Source of the DNA: Candidatus Iainarchaeum sp.
Lineage (GTDB): Archaea; Iainarchaeota; Iainarchaeia; Iainarchaeales; CSSED10-239
Direction: 5' to 3'
DNA length: 10,185 nt
Assembly (NCBI GenBank): GCA_028700115.1
Contig: JAQVTI010000020.1
Coordinates: forward strand, 1 to 10,185
Positions 7,388 through 10,185 of the stretch are shown here, one piece after another; position 1 is the stretch's first letter; each line of letters starts with the position of its first letter. The position numbers and the translations under genes are program-made. A model generated the notes under the pieces. It was given only the letters and a program-made list of their open reading frames with translations. It was not told where the DNA came from and searched no databases.

Positions 7388-7657
7388 ATGGACTCAAAAC
7401 TAATTTCTTACATTATGCGATCTAAAAATAGACAAAGAATATTAGATTTACTAAAGGATACAGAAAAAACACCTTCTCAATTAGTTAAAGACACAAATAT
7501 GTATCTAACCCATACCCATAGAACAATTAGAGAACTTAAAGATAAAGATTTAATCAAAGCAACAAATCCAGAAGATAAAATATATACATTCTATAAAGTT
7601 ACACCAAAAGGTAAAAAAATAGTTAAAAAAACTAAAAAAGATATTGTATTAAAGTAA
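7388..7657 (+). CDS. small winged-helix-turn-helix DNA-binding protein (ArsR/MarR-like wHTH); candidate regulator of the divergent region
   Basis: 89 aa (80 aa if it starts at Met10, nt 7415). It has the classic wHTH layout: helix RQRILDLLKD, helix TPSQLVKDT, recognition helix THTHRTIRELKDKDLI, then a beta-wing KATNPEDKIYTFYKVTPKG and a basic tail. It is transcribed divergently from mod. Confidence 0.7.
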   Translation: MDSKLISYIMRSKNRQRILDLLKDTEKTPSQLVKDTNMYLTHTHRTIRELKDKDLIKATNPEDKIYTFYKVTPKGKKIVKKTKKDIVLK

Positions 7658-7665
7658 GATAAATT

Positions 7666-8073
7666 ATGAATAAAATAGGTAATTGGATAAACAAAAATAA
7701 AATTGAAATTATTTTCTTAAGTTTAATCCTAATTTTTTACTTTATAACACAATGGTTAATTAATACTAATAATGTAAATCAAACTAATGGAGTTATAATT
7801 ATTTTAATTACCACACTAATAACAATAACATATTTATTTATTGCAATTAATAGATTAGTAAAAGAATTAGCAAAACAATATACAAAAAAAGAAAAATTAA
7901 AATTTAATGGAATAATTTGGTCTATTTTAATAATACCAACTGTAAATATGATAAGTAAGTTAATCATATATAAAAATAATAATTTTACACTATATGATTC
8001 ATTTGAATTTATGTTAACAATTGTTTTATCTTTAGCTGTAATTATATATCTTAGAACTAAAAAGTTAATTTAA
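7666..8073 (+). CDS. hypothetical integral membrane protein (about 4 TM helices)
   Basis: 135 aa, starting 8 nt after the wHTH stop. Four hydrophobic segments are visible: IEIIFLSLILIFYFITQWLI, GVIIILITTLITITYLFIAI, GIIWSILIIPTVNMISKLII and FEFMLTIVLSLAVIIYL. Basic loops separate them (RLVKELAKQYTKKEKLK). I recognise no family. Confidence 0.6.
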   Translation: MNKIGNWINKNKIEIIFLSLILIFYFITQWLINTNNVNQTNGVIIILITTLITITYLFIAINRLVKELAKQYTKKEKLKFNGIIWSILIIPTVNMISKLIIYKNNNFTLYDSFEFMLTIVLSLAVIIYLRTKKLI

Positions 8074-8162
8074 AAATTTATTCTTTTCTTTTTCTGCTTC
8101 GTCTATCATTTTTAATATTTTTGGAATCCAATATGACAATCGAGATAATATTTACTTGCCAA

Positions 8163-8768
8163 TCATAATTTATAATAAATATCATAAAAAAAATCTTTTG
8201 GTTTATTTACAATATATTTTCCATTTTCTAATTTACAATATTTTGACATAGCAAATAATGAAATTACTATCCCACTAATTAGTTTTATTATATTTAATAT
8301 TTGTTCATCTGTATATTCCAACAACCTATCATTATAATGTACACATCTATGTCTTTCGTCGCTAAGACTCTCAAAATTAGCTCTTAATGTGTCATCAATT
8401 ATATTCCATTCAATTAATGCATCCAACATAATTTTCCAATTGGTAAAGGAGCTACATCTATATATGCTTTCTTTTACTTGTAAATATTTATTTTGAGGAT
8501 AATAAGATCTTAAATCTAATATTAATTTATTTAGTATTCTCTCTCCAAAAGCGCTAGCACCCAAAATACTACAATAAAAACAACCATAAATATAGGTTAA
8601 TCTAATTTCAGATAAAATACCACCAATTTCTTTATCAAAAGCAATAATAGGTGGTATTGTATTTAATTTTTGACACCTAATTTTTTGTTTATCATCATAA
8701 TTTGATGATTCAACAAAATTTATAAGTTTTGGTAAACTATCTAAGTAAATTAAATATTGTTTATTCAT
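8163..8768 (-). CDS. HEPN-like (DUF4145-type) protein with an Rx4H motif; putative RNase partner of the upstream Shedu-like nuclease
   Basis: 201 aa, predicted all-helical by eye. The motif LSDER139HRCVH144YN is R-x4-H with a polar residue after the Arg (nt 8337-8354), as in HEPN active sites. The preceding WKIMLDALIEWNIIDDTLRANFESL and the N-terminal EIRLTYIYGCFYCSILGASAFGERILNKLILDL resemble the helix 1 and helix 3-4 patterns I recall for DUF4145-type HEPN domains. The ATG (8768-8766) lies 8 nt inside the end of the upstream gene. Confidence 0.55.
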   Translation of the reverse strand: MNKQYLIYLDSLPKLINFVESSNYDDKQKIRCQKLNTIPPIIAFDKEIGGILSEIRLTYIYGCFYCSILGASAFGERILNKLILDLRSYYPQNKYLQVKESIYRCSSFTNWKIMLDALIEWNIIDDTLRANFESLSDERHRCVHYNDRLLEYTDEQILNIIKLISGIVISLFAMSKYCKLENGKYIVNKPKDFFYDIYYKL

Positions 8769-9963
8769 TTGTTCTCTGTGTTTGCAATTCTAATCTTTTA
8801 AGCAGTTCATCATACAATATAATTTCTATATTTTTTAAAGAACCTCTTAATATTTTAAAATCCTCTCTCATTTGATCGTTTGTTAATAAAGAACTACTTC
8901 CAATTATTAAATATCCCTTAGGAGATACAATATCAACACTAACATTTTTTTCTCTTTTTAAATCTTCTTTTAATACTGCTCTCTTAGTATTAGCATTAAA
9001 CAAATATTTTTCTAATTGTACGATTGCCTTTATAGTAAAATTACTCCAATAATAATTACCTCTATCTTTTTTTTTGGATAACAATGGAGTTGTTGGTTTT
9101 TTTATTTCAAAAATATCCAAAAAATTATTAAAATCAATTAAACCAAAATCAGCTTTTCTAATACCACCTAACATTAAATTAATTTCTGGTATTGAATAAA
9201 GATATTTATAATCAATAAGATATAAATTTTGATTTAAAAATTCACCCCATTCTGATTCAGTAGTATTAGATTTTAACTTTTTGTTAAATTCTAATATAAT
9301 TTTTTCAATATTTAATATATCCACTTTAATTTTTGTTTTCTTAAAATCACCAATATTTAGATTCGAACTTTCGCTTATAGCTAAATTTAAAAATTCAAAT
9401 AACTTAATTATATCCTTTTTATTTAAGTCAGTGATTATTTCTTTATTTAAACTTTCTAAAATTCTATTTATTCGAGATCTGGTTGAATAAATAGGTTTAC
9501 TAAAATCCTCAGAGAATAAATTATTAAAAAATAAGTCAACATATAGAGATCTTTCTCTTTTTTTTTCAGAATCTATAACTGTTAAATTAGATTTTAATTT
9601 TTTAAAATCAAAATAATTTATGTTAACATCAATACATTTTGGAAATCTAATAATTTTACTCTCACTAAATTTAGAAATTGTAAAATATCTTACATTTTTA
9701 TCTTTAAATAACTTATCGAAATAATATAAAATACCTGATTTTATACCCCCTTTTTTATTAAATTCATTTGGAATTTTAATAAATCCATCCAACACAAATT
9801 TTTGAAAAAAATTATAACCCTCAAACTTAGGAAAAAAATTTATTTTTTTCTTAGTTTTATCAATTAAATAAACTAATTTTTTATCTTTATTATCTTCATC
9901 AATTACGAATATTTCTGTAGTATATAAGTCCTTATCTACTTCTTCAACTATTAATTTACCCAT
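8761..9963 (-). CDS. Shedu-like nuclease: C-terminal DUF4263 PD-(D/E)xK domain with an unrecognised ~235-aa N-terminal domain
   Basis: 400 aa. Residues ~236-392 (nt 8788-9258) read ESEWGEFLNQNLYLIDYKY...GGIRKAD272FGLIDFNNFLD283IFE286IK288KPTTPLL...YYWSNFTIKAIVQ316LEKYL...PKGYLIIGSS...FKILRGSLKNIEIILYDELLKRLE. This follows the DUF4263/SduA pattern as I recall it: W-x-x-F-[LF] opening, R-x-[PA]-D-F, hydrophobic-E-[IL]-K-x-P, Q-x-x-x-Y, P-K-G-x-[LIV]3-G, and a terminal I-x-T/L-Y-D-[ED]-L-L. E286 is at 9106-9108 and K288 at 9100-9102. The N-terminal 235 aa carry no motif I recognise. Confidence 0.7.
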   Translation of the reverse strand: MGKLIVEEVDKDLYTTEIFVIDEDNKDKKLVYLIDKTKKKINFFPKFEGYNFFQKFVLDGFIKIPNEFNKKGGIKSGILYYFDKLFKDKNVRYFTISKFSESKIIRFPKCIDVNINYFDFKKLKSNLTVIDSEKKRERSLYVDLFFNNLFSEDFSKPIYSTRSRINRILESLNKEIITDLNKKDIIKLFEFLNLAISESSNLNIGDFKKTKIKVDILNIEKIILEFNKKLKSNTTESEWGEFLNQNLYLIDYKYLYSIPEINLMLGGIRKADFGLIDFNNFLDIFEIKKPTTPLLSKKKDRGNYYWSNFTIKAIVQLEKYLFNANTKRAVLKEDLKREKNVSVDIVSPKGYLIIGSSSLLTNDQMREDFKILRGSLKNIEIILYDELLKRLELQTQRTNE

Positions 9964-9970
9964 ATAAATG

Positions 9971-10185
9971 TTAATGTATAAAACAATTAAAATATCTTAC
10001 TATTTCTTTGTAATTCTGATCCGCTAACAATTGTCGCGATAAATAATGATTTCCACCGACCGAATTACTAACCCTGCCTTGATAATAGTCTGCTATTGAC
10101 TCTGGAATTCCTAATTCTATGCACTTAGTATAGAACCATTTTCTACAGTATTTTATAGGAATTAACTTCTTTCGCTTTATTTCTG
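9971..10185 (-). CDS. tyrosine recombinase / integrase, C-terminal 70 codons (gene continues beyond the window)
   Basis: Absent from the ORF track because the fragment has no Met. The minus-strand frame is open from 10183 down to TAA at 9973-9971. It translates as EIKRKKLIPIKYCRKWFYTKCIELGIPESIADYYQGRVSNSVGGNHYLSRQLLADQNYKEIVRYFNCFIH*. The order x-x-R-K-x-F (box II Arg), then G-[IV]-P-E-x-I-x-D-x-x-Q-G-R, then H-Y (candidate catalytic Tyr) matches the C-terminal catalytic region of tyrosine recombinases. The L/Q-G-R-for-L-G-H variant is one I associate with archaeal integrases. The segment is noticeably more G+C-rich than the neighbouring genes. Confidence 0.55.
   Translation of the reverse strand, partial: EIKRKKLIPIKYCRKWFYTKCIELGIPESIADYYQGRVSNSVGGNHYLSRQLLADQNYKEIVRYFNCFIH

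Noticed and set aside
7779-7967. 62-aa minus-strand ORF from the track
   Set aside because: It is nested antisense within the 4-TM membrane protein gene. It is an I/F/N-rich shadow ORF with no independent support.
8074-8162. Intrinsic (hairpin) terminator between the convergent 4-TM gene and the HEPN gene
   Set aside because: I could find no convincing G+C-rich inverted repeat. Only T-rich runs (TTTATTCTTTTCTTTTTCT) are present. These might serve as oligo-T terminators in an archaeal host, but that is too weak to annotate.
8163-8768. HEPN protein as the toxin of a HEPN-MNT toxin-antitoxin pair
   Set aside because: No small nucleotidyltransferase (MNT, G-S-x10-D-x-D type) ORF is adjacent. 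The only coupled neighbour is the Shedu-like nuclease.
9281-9490. 69-aa plus-strand ORF from the track
   Set aside because: It is antisense to the Shedu-like gene. Its composition is that of a low-complexity shadow frame, and it has no start context.
1-10185. CRISPR array, tRNA/rRNA genes, transposase/IS ends, or att direct repeats
   Set aside because: I saw no regularly spaced repeats other than the 12-bp triplet. There are no G+C-rich structured RNA-like segments; the two G+C-richer patches are both coding. No DDE or HUH transposase motifs occur in any listed ORF. The island ends cannot be defined within this window.

Overview
This is a very AT-rich window (by eye about three quarters A+T) that is almost entirely coding. 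I read it as a defence island next to a tyrosine-recombinase gene. The host taxon cannot be assigned from the sequence: the integrase C-terminus and the TATA-like boxes look archaeal, but GGAGG-type ribosome-binding sites also occur, so both an AT-rich archaeon and an AT-rich bacterium remain possible.

Gene order, left to right:
- 2..196 (+): 3' end of a TrkA-N/RCK-like gene. It is not in the ORF track and its tail looks atypical.
- 132..416 (+): small Cys-rich ORF.
- 403..750 (+): four-helix-bundle protein ('23S rRNA intervening sequence protein' family). It overlaps the previous ORF and its 5' half is visibly richer in G+C.
- 767..7260 (-): a convergent block. It holds a complete Type III restriction-modification operon, mod (5380..7260) then res (2801..5380). 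A tightly coupled third gene (1918..2796) encodes a NucS/DUF91-like PD-(D/E)xK nuclease fused to a DUF5655-like domain. A membrane-anchored acidic protein follows (767..1876).
- 7261..7387: divergent intergenic region with three direct GGTCAA repeats at exact 12-bp spacing, flanked by two TATA-like boxes.
- 7388..7657 (+): small winged-helix regulator.
- 7666..8073 (+): 4-TM membrane protein.
- 8163..10185 (-): a second convergent block. It starts with the C-terminal end of a tyrosine recombinase (9971..10185, not in the ORF track). Seven nt after its stop comes a 400-aa Shedu-like (DUF4263 PD-(D/E)xK) nuclease (8761..9963). That gene overlaps by 8 nt a 201-aa protein with a DUF4145/HEPN-like Rx4H motif (8163..8768).

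The Shedu-like/HEPN gene pair is my best candidate for an undescribed system. The three-gene Type III operon and the 12-bp-periodic operator-like repeats come next. I saw no rRNA, tRNA, CRISPR array or transposase.

All family assignments come from motif recognition by eye. No searches were run.
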